Part shown: in pieces, positions 53,432-62,679 of the stretch
Numbering within the stretch: the stretch's first letter is position 1
Layout of the letters: the number at the start of each line of letters is the position of its first letter
From: Novosphingobium sp.
Lineage (GTDB): Bacteria; Pseudomonadota; Alphaproteobacteria; Sphingomonadales; Sphingomonadaceae
DNA length: 64,000 bases
Assembly: GCF_965228995.1 (NCBI RefSeq)
Contig: NZ_OZ245852.1
Coordinates: forward strand, 2,205,493 to 2,269,492
Direction: 5' to 3'
Notes under the pieces: generated by a model
The model's database searches: none
Told to the model about the DNA's origin: nothing
What the model saw: the letters and a program-made list of their open reading frames with translations, nothing else
Made by a program: the position numbers and the translations under genes

Positions 53432-55150
53432 CTAGCGCGCCGTTCCTTCAGGCACGGCAAAGACCTGCTCGCCCGCGATGTAGGTTGCCAGCACCTTGGT
53501 TGCGTGAATCTCGCCGACCGGCACGGTCAGCGGATTGCGATCGAGAATGATGAGATCGGCAAGTTTGCCCGGCTCCAGCGTGCCGCCGCGATCGAGCCGG
53601 CCCATTTCCGCCGCGCCATTGCGGGTGAGGAGCGCCATGGCCTCCTCCCGCGTGATGCGCTGCCCGGCATTGATGGGATCGCCGGTAGCGCCCGGCACCT
53701 GCCGCGTGACCAGCGTTTCAAAGGCGATCCACGGGTTGACGGAGGGCACGACCGGCCAGTCCGATCCCACGACCACGTTGGCCCCGCTATCGAGGGCATC
53801 ACGCATGGGCCAGAGGCGCTTCATCCGCTCCGGCCCCACGGCCTTGGCGATATCGACAGAGGTGATCGGGGTCGGCCACCAGATGTAGGGCGAGAGTTCC
53901 CATGTGAAATGAAGCTCGCGGCCTTTGGGCACGTCAGCCACGGCGATGAAGGTGTTGTGGCCGATCTCGTGGTGCGGGCCGCTATCGCCATTGGCCTTGC
54001 GCGCGGCGGCAATGGCCTCGACCGCCTCGCGCACCGCGCCGTCGCCCGCGGCGTGGAACTTGACCTGAATGCCCTGCCGGTCGAACGCGGTGACGGCGGG
54101 GAACAGCGTGTCCCCGGGGATGAGCTTGAGGCCATGTCCTTCGCCCGGCCCCTGATCGTCGTGCGGGCCGCCGCGGTGTTCATAGGGCGCGAGCATCACG
54201 GCGGTGCGGCCCTCGAGCGGTACGCCGTCGAGGAACATCTTCACACAATCGAACTTGAGGCGCCCCGTGCTCCACCCCTGACGCTGCGCGATCAGGCCCT
54301 CGCTGCCGCCCGAATTGGGCCCCCAGACGATGCAGCCGCGCGCATATTGCTTGAGCCCGCCGGAGCGGGCGTAGCCGGACAGGCCCTCGATCATCTCGCG
54401 CCGCACGGCGGCATCGGTGAAGCCGACGATGCCGTAGGACAGCATCTCGTCGGTCGCGACCTTGATCGCGGTCATCTGGTCTTCGGCGGAGACCTTGGGG
54501 ATGAAACGCTCTATGTCCCGCGCGGCGACTTCGCGCAGCACGCCGGTGGGTTCGCCCTTGGCATCACGGTCTATCACGCTTCCGGACGTATCCCTCGTGG
54601 CGCCGGTGATCCCGGCTATGGCGAGGACCCTCGAGTTGACCCAGACGCTGTGCAGGCTCTCATCGTTGAGCATGACGGGGTTGTTCGGTGCGGCGGCATC
54701 GAGCAGGCGGCGGTGCTGCTCGCCCGGCTTGAACGCGGCGCCGACCCAGCTGCCGCCGATGATCCATTCACCGGGCTTGGCCTTGGCCGCGCAGGCCTTG
54801 ACGGCGAGGACGATGGCCTGCGCTCCGGCGCCTTGCGCGAAGCGGCAGGAAAGCTTGTCGCGCCCGGCGAAATAGGTGTGGACGTGCATGTCGTAAAGTC
54901 CGGGCATGATCGTGCGCCCGGCAAGATCGACCTTGCGCGCGGCAGGCGGGGCGATGGCCTCGATCTCGGCATCGGTGCCGACTGCGACGATCGTGTCGCC
55001 CGCCACCGCCAGAGCCTGCGCCGCGCCCGCCGGGGTGAGCACGGTGCCGTGTTCGAACACCAGAGTGATCGGCACAGGCTGGGCCCTGGCCGGGCCGCAG
55101 GCGGCGCCAAGTGCGACAAGCGAGGCGGTGAACAGGCTGGCGCGGCTCAT
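53432..55150 (-). CDS. amidohydrolase-3 family metal-dependent hydrolase (paralogue 1)
   Basis: Signal peptide, then TIMPGLYDMHVHTYFAG (the HxH metal site) and a C-terminal composite domain. The ORF track extends to 55408. Confidence 0.8.
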   Translation of the reverse strand: MSRASLFTASLVALGAACGPARAQPVPITLVFEHGTVLTPAGAAQALAVAGDTIVAVGTDAEIEAIAPPAARKVDLAGRTIMPGLYDMHVHTYFAGRDKLSCRFAQGAGAQAIVLAVKACAAKAKPGEWIIGGSWVGAAFKPGEQHRRLLDAAAPNNPVMLNDESLHSVWVNSRVLAIAGITGATRDTSGSVIDRDAKGEPTGVLREVAARDIERFIPKVSAEDQMTAIKVATDEMLSYGIVGFTDAAVRREMIEGLSGYARSGGLKQYARGCIVWGPNSGGSEGLIAQRQGWSTGRLKFDCVKMFLDGVPLEGRTAVMLAPYEHRGGPHDDQGPGEGHGLKLIPGDTLFPAVTAFDRQGIQVKFHAAGDGAVREAVEAIAAARKANGDSGPHHEIGHNTFIAVADVPKGRELHFTWELSPYIWWPTPITSVDIAKAVGPERMKRLWPMRDALDSGANVVVGSDWPVVPSVNPWIAFETLVTRQVPGATGDPINAGQRITREEAMALLTRNGAAEMGRLDRGGTLEPGKLADLIILDRNPLTVPVGEIHATKVLATYIAGEQVFAVPEGTAR

Positions 55151-55257
55151 GACTTGCGGTTCCTCCGTGAAGGGGCCTTTGCCCCGACCTCTGCCGCAAT
55201 AGGCAGGGCCCGCGGCCTGACCGGCTTGGCCGATGCGGCCAAACTGGCGCCGCGCCA

Positions 55258-56382
55258 TTGAAACTGGCCGCCGCGGCATGGATGGTCGCTCCGCAATGGA
55301 TGCAAGGGGGTATGCGTGCCGCCGGTACCACCGATCATGAACCAGCCCGGAAGTGGCCCCCCGTGCTGAGGCCGACCATCTCGGTGCTCGTGCTGCGCCA
55401 TGTGGCAAACTGCCTCGATCTGGTCGGCTGCGATCCCGAGCCGATTCTCGCGCGGTTGAGCCTGAGGCGCGATGATCTGGACAATGCCAGGGCGGTCATG
55501 TCGTTGGCCGATTTTCTCGACTTTCTGGAAATGGCCGCCGAGCTTGCCGACAATCCCTACCTCGGACTGCAGGCGGGGCGGCTCGGCGCGCTCAACAGTC
55601 TGGGTGCGTTGGGCTTTCTGTTCCTGAGTGCGCCTTCGCTGCGGGCCGCCTTCATTGGCTTCGACGCCTATCTCGCAGCGATCCAGGACGCGGTACGCAA
55701 CCGGTTTTCCACCCATGCCGGGATCGCGACGTTCGAATACATGATCACCGATCAGACGCTGCTGGCGCGGCGGCAGGACGCCGAGTTTTCGATCGCATTG
55801 ATGCACAACATGTGCCGCAACTATGTCGGCGGCGATTTCGAGCTGATCGAGGTGCGCTTCGAACATGCCTGCCAGGGTGACGAGCGGGTGTACCGGGAGT
55901 TTTTCCGCTGCGAGGTGTTCTTCGATCAGGAGACCAATGCGTTTTCCTTTGAGGAGCAGTTCCTCGATCGCGCCAGTCCGGTGATCGATCCCGAACTCTA
56001 CCCGATTGTCGAGGAGCACTTGCGGCGGCGGATCGCGGAGAGCACGCGGCGCGCGCGGTCGCACAAGGAGATCGTGCGCGCACTGGAAGATAGCCCGCTG
56101 GATCGGACGCCCAGCCTGGAGGATGTGGCTGCCGTAATGGGCGTTTCGGCAGCGACGTTGAGCCGAAGGCTGCGCGCGGAAGGACTGCGCTGGCGCGATC
56201 TCGTGAGCGACCGGCGCATGCACGCCGCGGCGCGGCTCTTGCGGCAAAGCCAGCGGGATATTGGCGATATTGCGCTGGCGGTGGGCTTTGCCGAAAGTTC
56301 CAGCTTCGTCCGCTGTTTCGGCCGCCATTTCGGTACGACGCCGCAGCGCTATCGCAAGGGCGAAGGTATCAAGGCAGGGTAA
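55258..56382 (+). CDS. AraC-family transcriptional regulator (AraC-binding-like N-domain)
   Basis: C-terminal HTH: LEDVAAVMGVSAATLSRRLRAEGLRWRDLVSDRRMHAAARLLRQSQRDIGDIALAVGFAESSSFVRCFGRHFGTTPQRY. Confidence 0.8.
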   Translation: MKLAAAAWMVAPQWMQGGMRAAGTTDHEPARKWPPVLRPTISVLVLRHVANCLDLVGCDPEPILARLSLRRDDLDNARAVMSLADFLDFLEMAAELADNPYLGLQAGRLGALNSLGALGFLFLSAPSLRAAFIGFDAYLAAIQDAVRNRFSTHAGIATFEYMITDQTLLARRQDAEFSIALMHNMCRNYVGGDFELIEVRFEHACQGDERVYREFFRCEVFFDQETNAFSFEEQFLDRASPVIDPELYPIVEEHLRRRIAESTRRARSHKEIVRALEDSPLDRTPSLEDVAAVMGVSAATLSRRLRAEGLRWRDLVSDRRMHAAARLLRQSQRDIGDIALAVGFAESSSFVRCFGRHFGTTPQRYRKGEGIKAG

Positions 56383-58312
56383 ACGCGACCATGGCATCGC
56401 TGAGGCGCGTGCCGAAGCCGCCATGACCGCCCGCCGAGACGACGACATACTGGCGTCCATCGCTATGGCGGAAGGTCATCGGTGTCGCCGTGGCCGGTGC
56501 AGGGACGGGGGCATTCCAGACTTGCCGTCCGGTCTGGATATCGAAGGCGCGCAGCTGGCTATCGAGACTGGCCCCGATGAACACGAGGCCGCCGCGCGTG
56601 ACGATCGGCCCGCCCTGGTTGGGCGCACCCCAGCTTGTCGGCGTGAGCAGCCCGGTCGAAAGCTGCAAGCGGCCGAACGGCACTTGCCAACGCGTAAGTC
56701 CGGTCTTCATGTCGATGGCGGTGAGCTGGCCCCAGGGCGGCGGATTGCACGGCGCACCAAGCGGCGACATCAGCACCTCGCGCAGCATCACATAGGGCGA
56801 GCCTTGCATCTCGTAGTACGAGACTCCGGGGTGCAGATCGCGCTTGGCATCGAACTTCGCGCGCGGCACGAGCCGGACTGAAGCGGCGAGGTTCGAGGAA
56901 TTGACCACCGCGAGGCCGGTGGTGGGATCATAGGCCACACCGCCCCAGTTGGTGCCGCCGAGGAAGCTGGGGTGAAGCAGCGAGCCCCTGATACCGGGCG
57001 GAGTGAACGGGCCTTCGTTGCGCAGCTGGCGAATGCGCGTGCGGCAGGCCGCCGTATCGAACCACAGCAGGCCCCATGCATCATCAGCCTTGAGCAACTG
57101 CGAGGTCACGGGCCTCGGCAGGACGGGCATGGGCTGGGTGAGGGCCGCTTGTTCGCCCGGCATGTCGCTGCGCGGCACGGGGCGCTCTTTCACCGGAAAC
57201 AGCGGCTGGCCGGTCTGGCGATCGAGCACGAAAATATTGCCGGTCTTGGTGCCCTGAATCACCGCTTCGACCGGGCGTCCCCGATGGTCGATCGTGGCGA
57301 GCGTGGGCGCGGCGGGAAGGTCGTAGTCCCACAGATCGTGGTGCACGGTCTGATAGGACCACACCTTGCGCCCGGTGCGCATATCGAGCGCGACCACGGC
57401 ATTGGCATCGGGAATGCGGCCGATCCGGTTCACGCCGAGCGTATCCCAGCTTGCGCTGCCAGTGGGCAGGAACAGCCAGCCGCGCTTGGCATCGACCGAA
57501 AGCGGAGCCCATGCGTTCGCTGCGCCGGTCACGGCGGAGAGATCATCCGGGATCGGGTTCCAGTTCCAGACTTCCTTGCCCGTCACCACATCGAAGCCCC
57601 GCACGATGCCGTCGAGCGAATTGCGGTACATGTTGTCCTGCACCGCAGTGCCGAGCGCGACGACATTGCCCCAGACGGCGGGCGGCGAGGTGTTGGCCGG
57701 TTTGCCTTCGCCCTTGTAATCGAGCGCGGCGAGATCGACATGGCCGCCCGCGCCGAACCCGGTGCAGGCACGGCCGGTATCCGCGTCGAGCGCGTGAAGC
57801 ACCGCGTTCTGCGCGGCATAGAGAATGCGCTTGCCGCAAGTCTGCGCGCGGGCCTCGGCGCTATCGGCCTGCCAGTAGGCGACACCGCGGCAGTAGTTTT
57901 CGTGGTACATGTTGCCGCTGCGGGGCTTGTGCGGATCGAATGACCACAGCTCGCGGCCCGAAGCAGGATCGAGCGCCACCGCGCGGCCGAACGGGGTGCA
58001 GCCATAGAGCCGGGCATTGGCATAGATCGGTGTCATCTCGCCAACGGTCACATCGACATCCGCGCTGCCCGGCGCGATTTCGCCCGAGTGCCATGTCCAC
58101 GCCACCCGCAGATTGCGCACTGACTTGAGATTGATCTGGTCGAGAGCCGAATACTTGGTCGACGAGGCCTGCCCGCCATAGCTTGGCCAGCCCGCCGCAT
58201 CGGCTTCGACACTGGCCACCTGCGGGCTGGCGCGCAGCGCCGCCGGATCCGGCGCGGGCCGACACGCCGCAGCGGCGAGCGCAAGCAGGGCAATCGCAAG
58301 GGCCGGCCGCAT
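56369..58312 (-). CDS. PQQ-dependent dehydrogenase (quinoprotein, 8-bladed beta-propeller)
   Basis: Signal/lipoprotein-like N-terminus, then GWPSYGGQASSTKYSALDQINLKSVRNLRVAWTW and repeated W-motifs. It has no haem c motif. Confidence 0.75.
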   Translation of the reverse strand: MRPALAIALLALAAAACRPAPDPAALRASPQVASVEADAAGWPSYGGQASSTKYSALDQINLKSVRNLRVAWTWHSGEIAPGSADVDVTVGEMTPIYANARLYGCTPFGRAVALDPASGRELWSFDPHKPRSGNMYHENYCRGVAYWQADSAEARAQTCGKRILYAAQNAVLHALDADTGRACTGFGAGGHVDLAALDYKGEGKPANTSPPAVWGNVVALGTAVQDNMYRNSLDGIVRGFDVVTGKEVWNWNPIPDDLSAVTGAANAWAPLSVDAKRGWLFLPTGSASWDTLGVNRIGRIPDANAVVALDMRTGRKVWSYQTVHHDLWDYDLPAAPTLATIDHRGRPVEAVIQGTKTGNIFVLDRQTGQPLFPVKERPVPRSDMPGEQAALTQPMPVLPRPVTSQLLKADDAWGLLWFDTAACRTRIRQLRNEGPFTPPGIRGSLLHPSFLGGTNWGGVAYDPTTGLAVVNSSNLAASVRLVPRAKFDAKRDLHPGVSYYEMQGSPYVMLREVLMSPLGAPCNPPPWGQLTAIDMKTGLTRWQVPFGRLQLSTGLLTPTSWGAPNQGGPIVTRGGLVFIGASLDSQLRAFDIQTGRQVWNAPVPAPATATPMTFRHSDGRQYVVVSAGGHGGFGTRLSDAMVAFTLP

Positions 58313-58316
58313 CTGA

Positions 58317-60035
58317 TCAGCCCTTCGGCCGCGCGAACACTTGCTCGCCGCCGATCCACGTTTCGAGCACGCGGGTATCATGGATTTGCGTGACGGGAAT
58401 GGCGAAAGGATCACGGTCAAGCACGAGGAAATCGGCCACCTTGCCGACTTCGAGCGAACCGGCCTTGCGGCCCATGCCCATGCGCTTTGCGGCATCGATG
58501 CTGAACATGGTCACGGCCTGGGGGAGGGTGATCGCCTCCTTGAGGCCATAGCTGCGCGCGCTGCCGCCGGGGTTGCGCCGGGTGACGGCGGTTTCGATCC
58601 CGATCCACGGGTTCGGCACCGGGACCACCGCCCAGTCCGAACCGGCAATGACCAGTGCGCCCGCCTCGAACCCTTCGCGGATCGGCCAGACGCGGTCGAT
58701 GCGGGGGCTGCCGACGGCACTGGTGATGTCATCGTTGATCGGCTGCGGATCCCACAGATAGGGGGAATACTCGACCGCCGCGTTGAGCGCCTTGAAGCGC
58801 GGCATGTCTGCCGGGTCGACGAACGTGGAATGGCCGACCTGATGGATCGGGCCGCCCATGCCATTGGCCTTGCGCGCTGCCTCGATCGCATCGAGCGCGG
58901 CGCGGACCGCGCGGTCTCCCGCGGCGTGGAACAGAACCGTCACGCCCAGCTTGTCCCACCGGGTCACGTTTGCCGCCATTGCTGGCGGATCGAACAGCAG
59001 GAGGCCGCGCGCCGGGGCATTGGGCTGGCCTGCCTGGTAGTCCGCCAGCATCGCGCCTGTATGGCTTTCGGTGGGCACGCCATCGGCGAAAACCTTGACG
59101 CAATCGGGGTTGAACGTGGGCCTTGCGAACTGCTTGCGATCCGCCAGCGTCCGTTCGAACTCCGGATTGGGGCGCCCTGATTCAGAATAGGCGATGCAGG
59201 CCTGAACCCGCTGCTTGAGCACGCCCTTGTCGGCCAACGCCGCATAGACCGTGAGATCGTCGCGGTAGGCCATTGCCTCGACATAACCGACGACACCGAA
59301 GCCAGCGAGCATGGCAAGGTGCGCGGTCAATTGCCGTTCGGTTTCGGCAAGAGGCTGGGGCGGCACTTTCATGCTGATAAGCCGGCTCGCCGTCTCGCGC
59401 AGCACGCCAGTGGGGTTTCCGGCGCTGTCACGCTCGATGATCCCGCCTTCCGGGTTGGCTGTGCTGCGGTCGATCCCCGCTGTGGCCAGTGCGCGCGAAT
59501 TGGCCCAGACGCTGTGGCCGCTGACATCGAAGAGCATGACGGGATTATCGGGCGATACGGCATCGAGAGTCGCGGCCGTGATCGGAGTGCCAGCCAGCAG
59601 CGAGGACTGCCATTGCCCGCCGCTGACCCATTCACCGGGCTTGGCCGCCTTGACGCAGGCCGCCACCAACTCGAGCAGGCGCTGCGGGCCGGCATCCTGC
59701 GGAATGCGGCAACGCCCTTCATCGCCCTTGGCCTGAAGCACGGGGTGGATGTGCATGTCGTAGAGGCCCGGAAACACGGTCCGGCCCTTGAGGTCGATCA
59801 CTTTTGCGCCGCCGCGTGGCCACTTGCCCGCCTCGGCCCGCGTGCCGATCCGCTCGATCCGCGTCCCGCGCACGTCCATCGCGCTGCGCCAGCCCTGCGG
59901 GGTGTAGATATGTCCGTTGATGAAGCGCAGCGCGGGCTTTGGCGCCGCCTCTGCTGCAGGGGGCAGGGCGCAGGCCGCAAGGACAATGCCTGCGGCGGAA
60001 AGGAATCGGCCAAGGCCGCGGCGCATGGATGTCAT
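58317..60035 (-). CDS. amidohydrolase-3 family metal-dependent hydrolase (paralogue 2)
   Basis: MTSMRRGLGRFLSAAGIVLAACALPPAAEA signal, then TVFPGLYDMHIHPV. It aligns well with the 53432 gene. Confidence 0.8.
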   Translation of the reverse strand: MTSMRRGLGRFLSAAGIVLAACALPPAAEAAPKPALRFINGHIYTPQGWRSAMDVRGTRIERIGTRAEAGKWPRGGAKVIDLKGRTVFPGLYDMHIHPVLQAKGDEGRCRIPQDAGPQRLLELVAACVKAAKPGEWVSGGQWQSSLLAGTPITAATLDAVSPDNPVMLFDVSGHSVWANSRALATAGIDRSTANPEGGIIERDSAGNPTGVLRETASRLISMKVPPQPLAETERQLTAHLAMLAGFGVVGYVEAMAYRDDLTVYAALADKGVLKQRVQACIAYSESGRPNPEFERTLADRKQFARPTFNPDCVKVFADGVPTESHTGAMLADYQAGQPNAPARGLLLFDPPAMAANVTRWDKLGVTVLFHAAGDRAVRAALDAIEAARKANGMGGPIHQVGHSTFVDPADMPRFKALNAAVEYSPYLWDPQPINDDITSAVGSPRIDRVWPIREGFEAGALVIAGSDWAVVPVPNPWIGIETAVTRRNPGGSARSYGLKEAITLPQAVTMFSIDAAKRMGMGRKAGSLEVGKVADFLVLDRDPFAIPVTQIHDTRVLETWIGGEQVFARPKG

Positions 60036-60100
60036 TGCGGCATTCTCCCAGGGTCCGTTTGCGCCGCCCGCCTTCGAGGCGGATCGGCGCGCACGGCTCA

Positions 60101-62413
60101 TCAGTAACGGTACGATGCGGTCAGGCCGAAGGTGCGCGGCCGTAGCGTTTCGCGGCGGAAGAACTCGAACGGGTTCTGCGCCCGCTCGCGCCGGGTCCAG
60201 GTGGACTTGTCGAGGATGTTGTTGACGAAAAGCGAGATATCGAAATTGCCGGGCTTGACGCCGAGCCGCGCCGACCAGAACGCGACGGCTGGGGGAAGCG
60301 TCAGAGCAGTGTCGATCGCGCCGTTCGCAGGGTTGAGGTAAGGCGGCAGCTTGCTCTGCTTCGAGCGGTAGTCGAAGTCGGAGCGGACATAACCGCCCTT
60401 CGCGCGGAATGCGTCGAAATCGTACTGCGCGTGGAACGAGGCCGTCCACGGCGCGCCGAGCACGGCATCACCCTTGCTGACGAACGGCGCCGCCGCGGTC
60501 GGGCCGCCCTTGATCGTGTCGAGGAACTTCGCATCGACATAGCCGACTTCGGCCTGCAGGGTCAGGCGGTCGGTCGGGTGCACTTCGACCTGCAAGTCGA
60601 AACCGCGGCTGCGCGCCTTGCCGAGGTTGGACGTGAACTGGAAGCCGCAGCTGTTGAGCGCCACGGCCTGCTGGATGTCGCTCCAGTCGATCTGGTAGAC
60701 GCTCGCCTGCACGCTGCCGCGCCCGCCGAACTTGCTCTTCACGCCCAGTTCGTAGCTCCACACCGAGTCCGACTTGAAGTTGGTCGGGCGGCCATTGGGA
60801 TAACCGATGCTCGCAAGCTCCGGACCGCAGAAGGTGCCGACTTGCGGGTTGTAGCCGCCGACGCGGAAACCGCGCGAGGCTGAGCCATAGATCAGCGTAT
60901 CGGGCGTGACCTGGAAGTTCAGACCGAACTTGGGCGTAATCGGATTTTCGCTCTGGCGGCCGCGGTCATCCACCAGCGGGCCGACGACGAACCCTTGCGC
61001 GATGTCCTTGATGGTGAAGACGGTGTGGCTGTAGCGCAGGCCCGCCAGCACCGAGATCCGGTCGGTGAGCTTGTAGGTAACCTGACCGAACAGGGCTGCT
61101 TGCTCGTCCGTCGATACCGCATTTTGATCATAGACCGAGTAACCCGGAACCGGGGCCTCGCCGCCGAACAGGTAGACCGGCAGATAGGGGTCGGTCACGA
61201 TCTGGATCGAGGTCTGCTGCGCGTGGCTGTAGAACCCGCCGAGCACCCAGGTCAGCGGGCTGGAGGCATTGCTTGATTGCAGCCGCAGCTCGCCGGTCCA
61301 GTTCTTCTGCGCGACAAGGAAGTCCGACGGCGCATTCTGCTGGGGGAAGAAGGGCAGGGCATTGACGCCGGTAAACAGCGTCTGGTCGAAGTTGGTATAG
61401 TCCTGCACGAAGGACTGCTTGCGATCGAAGTAGGAACCGACCGCAATCACATCGACAGCGCCGAGCCCGACGCTGACATTGAGCGAGGCGAGGGTGAAGC
61501 GGTCCTTGCTCGTTTCGGCCAGCTGGTTGGCGTTGATGAAGACGTGCTTGTCGTAGTCCGAATACTTCTCCCAGCTCTCGCCGCTGTCTCCGGTCTTGAC
61601 GTTCTGATAGAACACGGCCGGCGTTATCTTGACGTTGTCGACTGGCTGCCAGGTGAGCGCGATGCGGGCGACATAGCTATCGGCCGAGTTGGCGTTCTTT
61701 TGCACGACCTTGCTGGTGAACGAGCTGATCCGATCGACATAGCCGCCGTCGCGGCGGTAGTAGCCGCTGGCGACGAGACCGAGCTTGCCCGGGATGAGCG
61801 GCGCGCTGATCGATACGCCGCCTTCACCGTTGGCCGCGCCGTGCTGGGTGGCGCTGCCTTCGGTGCGGGCATAGACCTTGAGCGTGTCGAGCCCGGGCTG
61901 CTGGGTGATGAAGCGCACGGTGCCGCCTTCCGAACCGGCGCCGAAGAGAGTGCCTTGCGGGCCGCGCAGCACTTCGACGCGGTCGAGGTCGAACACCACC
62001 GGATAAGCGTTGCCGCCGCCATAGCCGAGCTGGCGGATCTGGATCGGCACGTCGTCGATGTAGATGCCGGTGGTTGCTGCGCCAACCGAGGAATTGACGC
62101 CGCGTATGGCGATGTTCGTCGTGGTGTTCGATTTCTCGAAGCTGACGCCCGGGGTCTGGCGGATCACGTCGCTGAAATTGCGGATGCCGCGGCTGTCGAG
62201 CGCCTCGCGCGAGAGGGCGCTGACGCTCAGCGGAACCTTGTTGATGCTCTCACTCTTGCGGGTGGCTGTGACGATGATCTCACCGCCGTTCTGGTTGTCC
62301 GCAGCTGCTGTGTCGGCCTGCGGAGCGGCAGACTGAGCTGCGGCGGACTGGGCGACGAAAAGCATGGCAAGTGCCGTACTGCCAGCCAGAAGGTGTGCGC
62401 TGCGGCTGCTCAT
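60101..62413 (-). CDS. TonB-dependent outer-membrane receptor
   Basis: Signal peptide, plug (EIIVTATRKSESINKVPLSVSAL...IRQTPGVS) and C-terminal barrel ending ...LTASYRY. Confidence 0.9.
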   Translation of the reverse strand: MSSRSAHLLAGSTALAMLFVAQSAAAQSAAPQADTAAADNQNGGEIIVTATRKSESINKVPLSVSALSREALDSRGIRNFSDVIRQTPGVSFEKSNTTTNIAIRGVNSSVGAATTGIYIDDVPIQIRQLGYGGGNAYPVVFDLDRVEVLRGPQGTLFGAGSEGGTVRFITQQPGLDTLKVYARTEGSATQHGAANGEGGVSISAPLIPGKLGLVASGYYRRDGGYVDRISSFTSKVVQKNANSADSYVARIALTWQPVDNVKITPAVFYQNVKTGDSGESWEKYSDYDKHVFINANQLAETSKDRFTLASLNVSVGLGAVDVIAVGSYFDRKQSFVQDYTNFDQTLFTGVNALPFFPQQNAPSDFLVAQKNWTGELRLQSSNASSPLTWVLGGFYSHAQQTSIQIVTDPYLPVYLFGGEAPVPGYSVYDQNAVSTDEQAALFGQVTYKLTDRISVLAGLRYSHTVFTIKDIAQGFVVGPLVDDRGRQSENPITPKFGLNFQVTPDTLIYGSASRGFRVGGYNPQVGTFCGPELASIGYPNGRPTNFKSDSVWSYELGVKSKFGGRGSVQASVYQIDWSDIQQAVALNSCGFQFTSNLGKARSRGFDLQVEVHPTDRLTLQAEVGYVDAKFLDTIKGGPTAAAPFVSKGDAVLGAPWTASFHAQYDFDAFRAKGGYVRSDFDYRSKQSKLPPYLNPANGAIDTALTLPPAVAFWSARLGVKPGNFDISLFVNNILDKSTWTRRERAQNPFEFFRRETLRPRTFGLTASYRY

Positions 62414-62679
62414 TGTCTGTGACTCCCCTGAAATGGCGGCCGCCGGCATGTTTGCCGCACGGCCCTGTCGGGGAGGAAGCTATGGGTTGGGGCAGGATTG
62501 CCGTTGACCGGAACGGACAACATGCCGCGCGCTTGCCAGATAGGGCACATTCTGGGCGGCGCAGGGATGGGTTGGCCACATTTGCCAAGGTCGCGCCGGG
62601 GGAGTTGCCTGGGCGCGAAGGCCGAACAGGAGAGCCGTCAGCACCGGGCTGACGGCTCTCCCCATTGGGCTGCCGATGT